Source of the DNA: an uncultured cyanobacterium | GTDB lineage: Bacteria; Cyanobacteriota; Cyanobacteriia; Phormidesmidales; Phormidesmidaceae | Direction of reading: 5' to 3' | Length of the DNA stretch: 64,000 nt | Assembly (NCBI GenBank): GCA_963793265.1 | Contig: CAWBZI010000004.1 | Location: forward strand, 160,001 to 224,000 | Shown: piece by piece, positions 19,377 through 28,577 of the stretch | How positions within the stretch are numbered: position 1 is the stretch's first letter | How the letters are laid out: every line of letters begins with the position of its first letter | Notes under the pieces: generated by a model | What the model saw: the letters and a program-made list of their open reading frames with translations, nothing else | Told to the model about the DNA's origin: nothing | The model's database searches: none | Program-made: the position numbers and the translations under genes

Positions 19377-20428
19377 TGCAGCTAGCGCTAAAGAATTTAA
19401 GCAAATCTTTTCGGGGTGTGCCTGCAGTTGAGCATCTGTGGCTAGAGATTAAGGCGGGTGAGATTGTCTCTTTGTTGGGGCCTTCGGGCTGCGGTAAGTC
19501 TACGACGTTGCAGCTAATTGCGGGGATTTTGCGGCCTGATGCGGGTCAGGTGGAGCTGGGTGATCGCGTACTTAATCGGGTGCCTCCTGAGCGGCGAAAT
19601 GTGGCTTTGATTTTGCAAAAGGGTCTGTTGTTCCCACATTTAAGCGTGGGAGAGAATGTGGCGTTTGGGCTGAAAATGCGGGGGGTGAATCGGGCGGAAC
19701 GGGAGGAGCAGGCGATCGCAATGCTCAAAAGGGTGCAGCTAGGCGGATTTGCGCACCGGCAGCCGTCTGAGCTTTCGGGCGGGCAGGCGCAGCGGGTGGC
19801 ACTGGCGCGGTCGCTGGTGATTCAGCCAAAGGTTTTGCTATTAGATGAGCCGCTGTCTGCTTTAGATGCTAATTTGCGGGAGGAAATGCAGGGCTTGATT
19901 CTTCAGCTTCAGGCGGAGACGGGCGTGACGCTGGTGATTGTGACGCACGATCAGGCGGAGGCGGTGGTGATGTCTCAGCGGATTGCGCTGATGTTTGAGG
20001 GGCGACTGCGGCAGGTGGCGACGCCCGAGGCGCTTTATCGGTATCCATGCGATGAGGAAACGGCGCGATTTTTTGGCGGGGTGAACTTTTTTACGACTAA
20101 AGCCAAGCAGCGCGAGTGGTGGCTAAATGAACAGACAATGCTGATGAGCGATCAGTCGCTCGAAGGTGATATTCAGGTCACGATTCGCCCGGAACACGTT
20201 CAAGTTTATGCGGCGCGTCCGAGTGAGGCTGACAATGTGCTGATGGCAACGGTCACAGCTAATCGATTCGTGGGCACTCAGCGGAAGCTAACGCTACAGC
20301 TTGCGACCGGGCCACCTTTGCAGGCATGGATCGCGCCTAATCAAACTTTTGCGGTTGGTCAGTCTGTATGGGTGCGCTTACCTGCTGATGGGCTTTGGGG
20401 CTTTCCTGTGACCGAAGGGCTAGAGTAG
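19373..20428 (+). CDS. ABC transporter ATP-binding protein (PotA-like, TOBE domain)
   Basis: Motifs GPSGCGKS, LSGGQ and LLLDEP. Confidence 0.95.
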   Translation: MMQLALKNLSKSFRGVPAVEHLWLEIKAGEIVSLLGPSGCGKSTTLQLIAGILRPDAGQVELGDRVLNRVPPERRNVALILQKGLLFPHLSVGENVAFGLKMRGVNRAEREEQAIAMLKRVQLGGFAHRQPSELSGGQAQRVALARSLVIQPKVLLLDEPLSALDANLREEMQGLILQLQAETGVTLVIVTHDQAEAVVMSQRIALMFEGRLRQVATPEALYRYPCDEETARFFGGVNFFTTKAKQREWWLNEQTMLMSDQSLEGDIQVTIRPEHVQVYAARPSEADNVLMATVTANRFVGTQRKLTLQLATGPPLQAWIAPNQTFAVGQSVWVRLPADGLWGFPVTEGLE

Positions 20429-20474
20429 ATCTCTTCTAACCCTATTTCATCTGTCCATTTTCTTTTAAAGCCTA

Positions 20475-21761
20475 ATGTCAAATATTTCTAAACATCGCTA
20501 TCCAATTACGCTACCTCGTCGCCAGTTTGTTGCGCTTTCAACAGCGGCTTTTTTAGGTGCGATCGCCACAAGCTGCACCAACCGTTCCACCTCATCTACT
20601 TCAGAAGATCTAGATCTTAGCACCGCAAGCTGGGACGAGATTGTTGCACAAGCCCAAGGAACCACCGTCAACTGGGCCATGTGGGGCGGCAGTGACAACA
20701 TTAATGCCTACGCCGACGAATGGGTTGCTGAGCAGCTCAAGAGCCAGTACGATGTGACGCTCAATCGTGTGCCGATTAACGACACGGTAGAAGCGGTGAA
20801 CAAAGTTGTAGGCGAAGTTCAGGCCGGGCTTAATAGCGGCGGCAGCATCGATCTCATTTGGATCAACGGAGAGAACTTTCGCACGCTAAAGCAGGGCAAT
20901 TTACTCTTTGGGCCTTTTACCGACAAGCTCCCGGCGATGGCCGCTTATGATCTGGATAATCCGGCGGTGCTCTCGGACTTTGGCTTGCCCACGGACGGCT
21001 ACGAAGCGCCTTATACCGGGGCCTACTATCTGATGGTGAAAGACAGCGCTAAGGTTCAGCAAACGCCTGAGACGTTTGATGCGCTGCTGGAATGGGCGAA
21101 AGAGAATCCGGGCCGATTTACCTATGCCGCGCCGCCTGCTTTTGACGGCAGCCGCTTCTTGCTGACGGTGCTCTATGGGGTGACAGGTGGCTATGAGCAG
21201 TATGCGGGCGCGGAATTTGATGAGGCGCTGTGGGCTGAGAAGTCGCCGCTGGTGGTGGACTATTTGGAGTCGCTAGAGCCCTATCTGTGGCGCAGGGGTA
21301 GAACGTATCCACCCTCGCAGGCACGGCTGAATGAGCTGTTTGCAAACGGTGAAATTTGGATGATGCCCGCGTTTGTTTCACAGATTGTAGAGGCCAAAAC
21401 GAACGGACAGTTTCCAGATACGGCTGAGGCGTTTGCAATGCCGGGTGCTTCTTTGAACGATCCTTCGTTCACGGCGATTCCGGTGAATGCGAGCAATCCG
21501 GCAGGGGCAATGGTGCTGGCCAATGTGCTCTCTAGTCCTGAAGGGCAGCTTGAGAAGTTTAAGCCGCAGGTGTGGGGCGATCCGCCGCTGCTGGCGGTGA
21601 GTAAGGTGCCGCCTGATTTGCAAAAGGAATTTGCGCAGGTGGAGGCTGATTATGGGGTGCCGCTGAAGGATCTGGTGGCGGATGTGGTACCGGTTGCCAA
21701 TGCCGAATATACGACTCGGCTAGAAACGCTTTGGAAAGAGAAAATTGCTACAACCAGTTAG
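20475..21761 (+). CDS. ABC substrate-binding lipoprotein, YnjB-like, with Tat signal
   Basis: RRQF twin-Arg and lipobox ATSC; motifs WGG..NINAY, DLIWINGENF, AKENPGRFTY and NASNPAGAMVLAN. Confidence 0.88.
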   Translation: MSNISKHRYPITLPRRQFVALSTAAFLGAIATSCTNRSTSSTSEDLDLSTASWDEIVAQAQGTTVNWAMWGGSDNINAYADEWVAEQLKSQYDVTLNRVPINDTVEAVNKVVGEVQAGLNSGGSIDLIWINGENFRTLKQGNLLFGPFTDKLPAMAAYDLDNPAVLSDFGLPTDGYEAPYTGAYYLMVKDSAKVQQTPETFDALLEWAKENPGRFTYAAPPAFDGSRFLLTVLYGVTGGYEQYAGAEFDEALWAEKSPLVVDYLESLEPYLWRRGRTYPPSQARLNELFANGEIWMMPAFVSQIVEAKTNGQFPDTAEAFAMPGASLNDPSFTAIPVNASNPAGAMVLANVLSSPEGQLEKFKPQVWGDPPLLAVSKVPPDLQKEFAQVEADYGVPLKDLVADVVPVANAEYTTRLETLWKEKIATTS

Positions 21762-21801
21762 AAAATCTTAGAATTAAAGACCACTGGAGATACCTGTCTA
21801 T

Positions 21802-22632
21802 ATGGCTTTTAAAGAACGTGAGAGTCGCGATCGCGGCGTCATTGAGAACAACCGTTTGATGGAACTGCATCTTTATCCTGGCAACCGATGCAATCGAGAC
21901 TGTGATTTTTGTACGGTGTTTGGTACGCCAAAGGGTGACTATATTGCTTATGAGGCGGCGCATTTAGACGCGGCTTTGCGCTCTGTGATACTGAATGATC
22001 AAGGGGCGATTAAGTTTTATGGGGGTGAGCCGACGCTGGATCATCAGAATGTGATTTGGGCGATTTCTTATTTGCGCGATCACGATTTCACAGGCGCAAT
22101 TGTGATCTACTCCAACGGCATTCGCGCTGAGCAGCTAATTGAGGTTCTAGAATCTGATTCGCTAGGGAAAACAACCGCCTCACTTAATTACTCAATTGCC
22201 ACAGGAGACGGCGCGCCGCAGATGCCGCTAAAGGCTTTGAAGCGACTGGAAGACTATGAGGAAATGCACGAGGGAGCGATCGCAATCGGTCACCCTGACA
22301 TCGTGGACTCAGGTCGCGGCGTCGATCCGTTTACCGGCGAAGAAACCCGCCCCAAAGTTAACTCCACCTGCCCCCACTGCTACCCCGTACTCAAAAGCGA
22401 CGGCCAGTTTCACGCCTGCCCGTTTGCCATCGAAAACGACTCCCCCCACTTCCAGCTAGGCGACATCAACACGCCGCCTGCTGAAGTCGCCCAAAACTTT
22501 GACGCCTTCTTCGAGTGGCTTGACACTGTTCATCAGCCCTACGCCGAAGCCCACGAACTGCCCGCCTGCACGGTCTGCTGGAAACATTTACACGAACTAC
22601 CTGTGCCCAGAGGAATTCCTGTAAATGCTTAA
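21802..22632 (+). CDS. Small radical SAM enzyme with a C-terminal Cys cluster (twitch/SPASM-like)
   Basis: CNRDCDFC (CxxxCxxC); YGGEP; C-terminal CPHC...GQFHACP...CTVC. Confidence 0.88.
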   Translation: MAFKERESRDRGVIENNRLMELHLYPGNRCNRDCDFCTVFGTPKGDYIAYEAAHLDAALRSVILNDQGAIKFYGGEPTLDHQNVIWAISYLRDHDFTGAIVIYSNGIRAEQLIEVLESDSLGKTTASLNYSIATGDGAPQMPLKALKRLEDYEEMHEGAIAIGHPDIVDSGRGVDPFTGEETRPKVNSTCPHCYPVLKSDGQFHACPFAIENDSPHFQLGDINTPPAEVAQNFDAFFEWLDTVHQPYAEAHELPACTVCWKHLHELPVPRGIPVNA

Positions 22633-22708
22633 CGCCGCCTAAAAGATGAGAACGGGGTCTAAAAATCGTCTAAATTAGACATTGATTTGTCGATGACAAG
22701 GAAACCCC

Positions 22709-23098
22709 GTGCGCAAAATTATTCAGACCGACCAGGCTCCCGCTCCCGTAGGCCCATACAACCAGGGCGTCGTTGCTTCGGGCGCGATGCTGTTTGTCGC
22801 CGGGCAAATTCCTTTAGATGCGACGACTGGCGAACTGGTCGGCACAACGGTGGCCGAGCAAACCGAAAAATCGCTACAAAATTTAGCAGCAGTAATCAAG
22901 GCGGCGGGCTCAGACATGTCTCAGGTCGTCAAAACATCAGTCTTTCTCAAAGACATGAACGACTTTGCTGAGATGAACAAGGTCTATGCTCAGCACTTCG
23001 GTGACGAAAGCGCTCCCGCTCGTGCCTGCGTAGAAGTCGCCCGCCTCCCCAAAGATGTTTTAGTCGAAATTGAATGCATCGCCATGGTACCGATCTAA
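22709..23098 (+). CDS. ridA: RidA/YjgF family enamine deaminase
   Basis: Motifs APAPVGPYNQ and PARACVEVARLPKDVLVEIECIA. Confidence 0.93.
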   Translation: MRKIIQTDQAPAPVGPYNQGVVASGAMLFVAGQIPLDATTGELVGTTVAEQTEKSLQNLAAVIKAAGSDMSQVVKTSVFLKDMNDFAEMNKVYAQHFGDESAPARACVEVARLPKDVLVEIECIAMVPI

Positions 23099-23109
23099 CG
23101 GCAACCTCC

Positions 23110-23136
23110 GTAGGGGCGCAAGACCTTGCGCCCTCC
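23110..23136 (+). repeat. Single GTAG-family REP-like hairpin
   Basis: GTAG-GGGCGCAA-GACC-TTGCGCCC. Confidence 0.65.
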
Positions 23137-23190
23137 GTCTGAGACAACACCCCCCACCCTTCACCCAACAGCAAATTCTCCCGAGGCACT

Positions 23191-24561
23191 ATGGCGGACT
23201 CACTCGCGATCGCAATCCTAGCAGCAGGCAAAGGCACCCGCATGAGGTCATCTTTACCCAAAGTCCTGCATCGCCTCAGCGGCCTTACGCTGGTTGAAAA
23301 CGTCCTGGCTAGCACCGCGCTTGTGAACCCTACCCGCAAACTTGCCATCATCGGCTACGAAGCCGATCAGGTGAAAGCAGCACTCTCTAAAGTGCCAGAT
23401 TTAGAGTTTGTTGAGCAGACCGAACAGCTCGGTACCGGCCACGCCGTACAGCAAGTAATTCCAGCGCTAGAAGGCTTTGAAGGAAATCTGTTAGTACTCA
23501 ATGGCGACGTGCCCTTACTACGGCCCGAAACGATTGAACAGATGTTGAAAACCCATACTGAGAACGATAACGCGGCGACTATCTTGACGGCGCAGATGGA
23601 CGATCCAACCGGCTATGGCCGCGTTTTCTGTGATGACAATTTAATTGTCGAAGAAATTGTCGAGCATCGTGACTGTAGTGAAGAGCAGCGAAACAACAAC
23701 AGAACAAACGCAGGTATTTATTGCTTTAAATGGTCGGCGCTGATGACGATTCTGCCTCACCTGAAGTCAGATAACGATCAGAATGAGTACTACTTAACAG
23801 ATGTGATCAAAGAACTCTCGCCTGTGATGGCGATGGACGTTTCACCTTCAGAAGTGGCGGGCATCAACAATCGCAAACAGCTTTCAGAAGCCGAAGCCGT
23901 GATGCAGAAGAGACTCAAAGATGAACTGTTACTTTCTGGCGTTACGTTGATTAATGCAGCTAGTATCACGATTGATTCGACGGTGACGGTAGAGCCTGAC
24001 GTCATTATTGAACCGCAGACGAACTTGCGCGGTAATTCTGTGATTAAGTCGGGCTGTCGGATTGGCCCCGGTTCTTTTGTTGAAAATAGTACGATTGGAG
24101 AAAATACGCTGCTGGTTCACTCAATGGTGACTGATAGCGAAGTTGCCGCAGGTGGCCGGATTGGGCCGTTTGCCCATATTCGCGGTAAGGCGCAGGTAGG
24201 AGAGAACTGCCGGATTGGTAACTTTGTTGAGATCAAGAAGTCGGTGATTGGTGCGAACTCAAATATGGCGCATCTTTCTTACTTGGGAGACGCTGAGCTA
24301 GGTGAGCAGGTGAATGTGGGAGCCGGGACGATTACGGCGAACTACGACGGTAAGTATAAGCATAAGACGGTGATTGGCGATCGCGCAAAAACTGGCGCAA
24401 ATACTACACTTGTCGCCCCTATTATCGTTGGTGAAGACGTAACGATTGCCGCAGGCTCCACGCTTACCAAAGACGTTGACCCTGACTGTTTAGCTTTGAC
24501 GCGATCGCCACAAAAGACGATTCCTGGATGGAAGCCTAAGTATCTAAGAGAGAAGCAGTAG
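23191..24561 (+). CDS. glmU: Bifunctional UDP-GlcNAc pyrophosphorylase / glucosamine-1-P acetyltransferase
   Basis: LAAGKGTRM; hexapeptide repeats; [13 protein letters not shown]. Confidence 0.97.
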   Translation: MADSLAIAILAAGKGTRMRSSLPKVLHRLSGLTLVENVLASTALVNPTRKLAIIGYEADQVKAALSKVPDLEFVEQTEQLGTGHAVQQVIPALEGFEGNLLVLNGDVPLLRPETIEQMLKTHTENDNAATILTAQMDDPTGYGRVFCDDNLIVEEIVEHRDCSEEQRNNNRTNAGIYCFKWSALMTILPHLKSDNDQNEYYLTDVIKELSPVMAMDVSPSEVAGINNRKQLSEAEAVMQKRLKDELLLSGVTLINAASITIDSTVTVEPDVIIEPQTNLRGNSVIKSGCRIGPGSFVENSTIGENTLLVHSMVTDSEVAAGGRIGPFAHIRGKAQVGENCRIGNFVEIKKSVIGANSNMAHLSYLGDAELGEQVNVGAGTITANYDGKYKHKTVIGDRAKTGANTTLVAPIIVGEDVTIAAGSTLTKDVDPDCLALTRSPQKTIPGWKPKYLREKQ

Positions 24562-24595
24562 TCTCTATGAGCCTTTGCGGCATGTATGCAATCTT

Positions 24596-25252
24596 TTAGA
24601 CGTACATTTCTAGTTCTCGTACAGTCTGAATGGTTTCACCGCTGGCTTCATCATTGGTCTTAGGGGGTATTGGTGCGCTATCTGAGCCAGTGCTAACAGA
24701 ATCTACTGCCTGAAGGGTAGGCGAAGCGAGTCGTTTGCCGCCTAACACCGCCGGTATATCTAGCAATAGAAGCGTGTGAGAATTACCGTGTAAATGGTAC
24801 GTGACCACATGAGAGATCCATCGCAGCGCCCGAGCCAATCGCTTTTCGTGTGGCACGGGTTTAAGCGCGTAGTTAGGCATATCAATCAAGTCTGGAGGCT
24901 CGTTTAAGGCAATTCCCCAGAATTCCCCATCAGTGTCGCGCAGCACCAGCAAAAAGGGCGGATTTTGATCGCCCGTTTGCCCTTCAGACTGCGAGGGGCG
25001 ACTGGCTGGCGGAAGTAGCTTATGTAACTCAATTATCTGAATGCTGTACGGCCCTAGCTGTACTAATCCCATGCTAACTAATCCCCCCTGATTGGGCGGT
25101 GGGGTGGCCACTACTTTCAAAATACCTGCGCTGGGCAGTGCTAACAGATGCCCTGACACCTTGAAGGTGATGTACTGCTTTACTTCAGCAGATTTGCGGG
25201 CGGCAGCTTCAAATTCTTGTTGAGAAATGCTCTGGGTGGCGATATTATTCAT
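24596..25252 (-). CDS. CheW-like protein (second CheW of the taxis operon)
   Basis: YITFKVSGHLLALP; overlaps the cheA stop. Confidence 0.75.
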   Translation of the reverse strand: MNNIATQSISQQEFEAAARKSAEVKQYITFKVSGHLLALPSAGILKVVATPPPNQGGLVSMGLVQLGPYSIQIIELHKLLPPASRPSQSEGQTGDQNPPFLLVLRDTDGEFWGIALNEPPDLIDMPNYALKPVPHEKRLARALRWISHVVTYHLHGNSHTLLLLDIPAVLGGKRLASPTLQAVDSVSTGSDSAPIPPKTNDEASGETIQTVRELEMYV

Positions 25253-28200
25253 AAGGGCGCTCCCGCTGTACTGGCTCTTACTGCACTCGCTCTTACTGCA
25301 CTGGCTCCTACTGTATTGGCTCCTACTGTACTTAGAGAAGCTTGAGGAGAGACTTGAGGCAATGTTTGGAACTGACTTTCGATAGCCTCAGCAACGGTTT
25401 GAAGAAGCTGGGGCGTGAGGTAGGGTTTGGTGAGGTAGGCTGTAGCGCCAAGATTTTCGGTGAGCGAGCGATGCTTCGTACCGGCTCTTGATGTCAGCAT
25501 AATCGTTGGAATTGAGGCAATTTCTGGTCGCTGCTGGCGTACTTTTAAAAATTCAAAGCCGTTCATCCCAGGCATCTCAATATCACATAAAATAGCTTGA
25601 ACATCCGGGTATCGCGCTAGCTGCTGAAGAGCTTCTGCGCCGTCTTTGGCTTGAATAACCTGATAGTTAACGCGCTGTAGCGCATCTGCCAAAGCATCGC
25701 GCACTGTGATCGAATCGTCTACCGTCAAAATCAGCTTTTTAGCAAAAACGGGTTTCTGCGAAGCGCTGGCGATTTGAGATGAATGGCGATTTGAAGCATT
25801 TGCACTCGCGTCATCTCCTTTTTGCTGACGGTGCTGCGTTGAGACTACTTTTGCAAGTACTGTGCTATCGAGCACTAGGGTCAGTTGTCCATTTGGCAAA
25901 ACGCTGCTGCCGTATAGATAATCAGGCGGTGAGAGAGTTGTGCTCAATGGGCTGATGACTAGCTCCTGTTCGCCTAGCAGCTCATCGACTTCTAGGCCAA
26001 CTAGCGTATCGCCATGGCGCAGTAGCACGAGCGGAGATGAGATGCCTGAGTGAGTATCAGCAGTGAGAGGGGTTCGATGCTCAGGTAAAGACGAGGTATG
26101 AGGCAAGACCCGATCTAGCGTGCTAACAGGAATAAGATACTCCTGCTCGCTAGTTTGCCAGGTCAAGGTCTTGCCGCCCTCCCACACCCACATCTGCTCT
26201 AGTGTGGGCCTCAAAATATGCTCAATAGCTTCTGTCATCAGCGCATAAGTGCGATCTTTTACCCGACACAGCAGCATTTTAGCGATGCTCGTGTGGGTAG
26301 GAATTTTAAGCGTAAAGCAGGTGCTAACGGCAGGAACATAGCTGACGGCGGTTTCTCCTTGCAGCGATCGCACCCTGGCTCTAACGGCATCTAGCCCCAC
26401 CCCTCGGCCCGATATGCTATCAATATCGCCAGCCGTCGAAAACCCTGCTTCAAACAGCAAATCAGTCGTTTGCGAAAGCGTTAAGGTAGCCGCCTCAGCA
26501 ACGGTGATAAGCTGACTTTCGATGGCCTTAGTGCGAATGATCTCAAGGTCTAGCCCCTGCCCATCGTCTTTGATCGTAATGACGACATAGCGACCTTGCT
26601 GAGCGCCCGCGATGGTAATACGGCCAGCGGCAGGCTTGTTCTGGTCAATTCGTTCTTCAGGAAATTCTATGCCATGGTCAAACGCATTCCGTACAAGGTG
26701 TAGCAGTGGCTCATAGAGCTGATCGACAATCGCTCTATCTACCAAAAATTCGCCGCCTTCTATCACGACTTCAACCTGCTTACCATACTCGCCACAAAAC
26801 TGTGCCTGGAGCCGCGATACCGCAGCAGGCAGCCGCTGAAAGACCTGTCTTAAAGGCACCATTCTGGCAGTGAGCAGGGTTTCACGAGTATTTGCTAACA
26901 GCCGCTTTTGTCTGTCTAATGCTTGCTCCGAGCGCTTGACAAACAGTTCAATGGCATCGACACTTTCTGATTGCTGAATGCTCTCTTCTAAGCAAGACTG
27001 CACCAATAGCTGAATATCGTTGTACTGGTCTAGCTCCAAGGTATCAAATTGAGCATACGAGATGGCATTTGAGCTTGCAGCAGGCGTTGGTTTTGCTTGG
27101 AGATGGTCTGATGATGCTCGCGCAAACGATGCTTGGATGACGGTGCGATCGCGATACTGATTGAGCTGCCGCTGCTGCTGCAAAATGCGGTTTGACAGCT
27201 TTTTAACGAGCGCTGATAGCTGTTCGTTGTAGAGGGTTTGACGATTCTGCTGGGTGAGTAATTCACCCATTGCCTGAGAGAGCTGCTGCAGATGTTGGGC
27301 GCTCACGCGCGTTGTTATACGACGACTGCTTGAGGCTGAGGTATCTGCTGGGATATTGCCCGGCTGGCGAGGCTGCTTTTGCCGACTAGAACTGTTCCTT
27401 TCTGAAGCAGGCAGATTTAAAGCAGGCAGATCGTCTGTAAAAAGAGACGGATCGCCTGCAAACGGTGATGAGTCCTCCATTTCGCTATCTTCTAGCTGGA
27501 TAGCTGAAGATTCTACTTCAGCAATTACTGGCTCTGTAGAGGTAGCAACGTTTTCATGCTCATCGCTGTCGGCGGCGTCCTCTACAGATGCGATGGGTTG
27601 AGATAGCTGACCTACAGAGTGATCGCGCGGCTGTTCGCTTTGAGCGGATTTCCCAATGGGGTGAGTCAGTAGCTGCCACGGACGTTTAATCCAGCTACCT
27701 TTACGCTTTTTTCTAGCTTGAGCGTCTGCTTTTTCAAGTAGCGCCTGGCGAGAAGAAAAGCCGCAAAGCTGTTGCAGTGCAGCCGAAGGCACTCCACCTT
27801 GGGTGCGATCGCCCCCCAGCACGTCTGCTTTAGCCGCACAAAAGTTCTCTAGCGCGGCTTGGGCAATTGCCAAAGTCCGCTCTGGATGCTCTGTTAGTCC
27901 GTCTAACGTAATCTGGGCGATCTCTTGAAAGCCAGGCAAATCCAAAGATTCAGCTAGGCCAATAAAGACTTCTGCCTGACTCTTTAAAAGATCGCTCAGC
28001 GCAGCTAAATCGGGTTCTTCTAGCGCTTCTGAGAGTAACGTTAGTCGCTGGCTGACGCCTACTTCAAAGATAGATTGAGTCAGATCAAACCCTAGCTCGC
28101 TAGATGTTGGTATATGCCCCTCTTGGCCAAAGCGAGCGCCTAGCATCGCTTGGAGCTGACTGACCACCGCTGCCATCCGGTCTAGAATGTCCGACTCATC

Positions 28201-28539
28201 TACTTTTGATCCTTCTAGCTGCGCGGACATCAATAGCTGCAAGCAGTCATACCCATCGAAAATAAGCCGCTCCATCTCTACGCTCACATCTGTGTCCTGA
28301 TGACACAGCGCCTTAAAAATACTCTCTAAGGAGTGCGTTGTTTTGGTCACCGCATCTAGGCCGACGCTGGCAGATGCACCTTTTAAGGTGTGTGCCGCAC
28401 GCATGAGCGTATGCACCTTTTGAGGGCTAAAGTCTGATCTGAGATCTTGCAGTTCATCCCCCATCGTTTGTAGAAGCTCAGTTGCTTCTTGTTCAAAGTA
28501 CCGATAGGTTTGTTCAGAAACACGGCTGTCTGTCATCAT
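25249..28539 (-). CDS. cheA: CheA-like hybrid kinase (Hpt-HATPase-CheW-REC), PixL-like
   Basis: Motifs RAAHTLKG, HLVRNAFDHGIE and GRGVGLD; C-terminal receiver domain. Confidence 0.93.
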   Translation of the reverse strand: MMTDSRVSEQTYRYFEQEATELLQTMGDELQDLRSDFSPQKVHTLMRAAHTLKGASASVGLDAVTKTTHSLESIFKALCHQDTDVSVEMERLIFDGYDCLQLLMSAQLEGSKVDESDILDRMAAVVSQLQAMLGARFGQEGHIPTSSELGFDLTQSIFEVGVSQRLTLLSEALEEPDLAALSDLLKSQAEVFIGLAESLDLPGFQEIAQITLDGLTEHPERTLAIAQAALENFCAAKADVLGGDRTQGGVPSAALQQLCGFSSRQALLEKADAQARKKRKGSWIKRPWQLLTHPIGKSAQSEQPRDHSVGQLSQPIASVEDAADSDEHENVATSTEPVIAEVESSAIQLEDSEMEDSSPFAGDPSLFTDDLPALNLPASERNSSSRQKQPRQPGNIPADTSASSSRRITTRVSAQHLQQLSQAMGELLTQQNRQTLYNEQLSALVKKLSNRILQQQRQLNQYRDRTVIQASFARASSDHLQAKPTPAASSNAISYAQFDTLELDQYNDIQLLVQSCLEESIQQSESVDAIELFVKRSEQALDRQKRLLANTRETLLTARMVPLRQVFQRLPAAVSRLQAQFCGEYGKQVEVVIEGGEFLVDRAIVDQLYEPLLHLVRNAFDHGIEFPEERIDQNKPAAGRITIAGAQQGRYVVITIKDDGQGLDLEIIRTKAIESQLITVAEAATLTLSQTTDLLFEAGFSTAGDIDSISGRGVGLDAVRARVRSLQGETAVSYVPAVSTCFTLKIPTHTSIAKMLLCRVKDRTYALMTEAIEHILRPTLEQMWVWEGGKTLTWQTSEQEYLIPVSTLDRVLPHTSSLPEHRTPLTADTHSGISSPLVLLRHGDTLVGLEVDELLGEQELVISPLSTTLSPPDYLYGSSVLPNGQLTLVLDSTVLAKVVSTQHRQQKGDDASANASNRHSSQIASASQKPVFAKKLILTVDDSITVRDALADALQRVNYQVIQAKDGAEALQQLARYPDVQAILCDIEMPGMNGFEFLKVRQQRPEIASIPTIMLTSRAGTKHRSLTENLGATAYLTKPYLTPQLLQTVAEAIESQFQTLPQVSPQASLSTVGANTVGASAVRASAVRASTAGAPL

Positions 28540-28577
28540 ACGAGGGGCTAACGCTAGGTGATTTGAGATAAAAGAGG

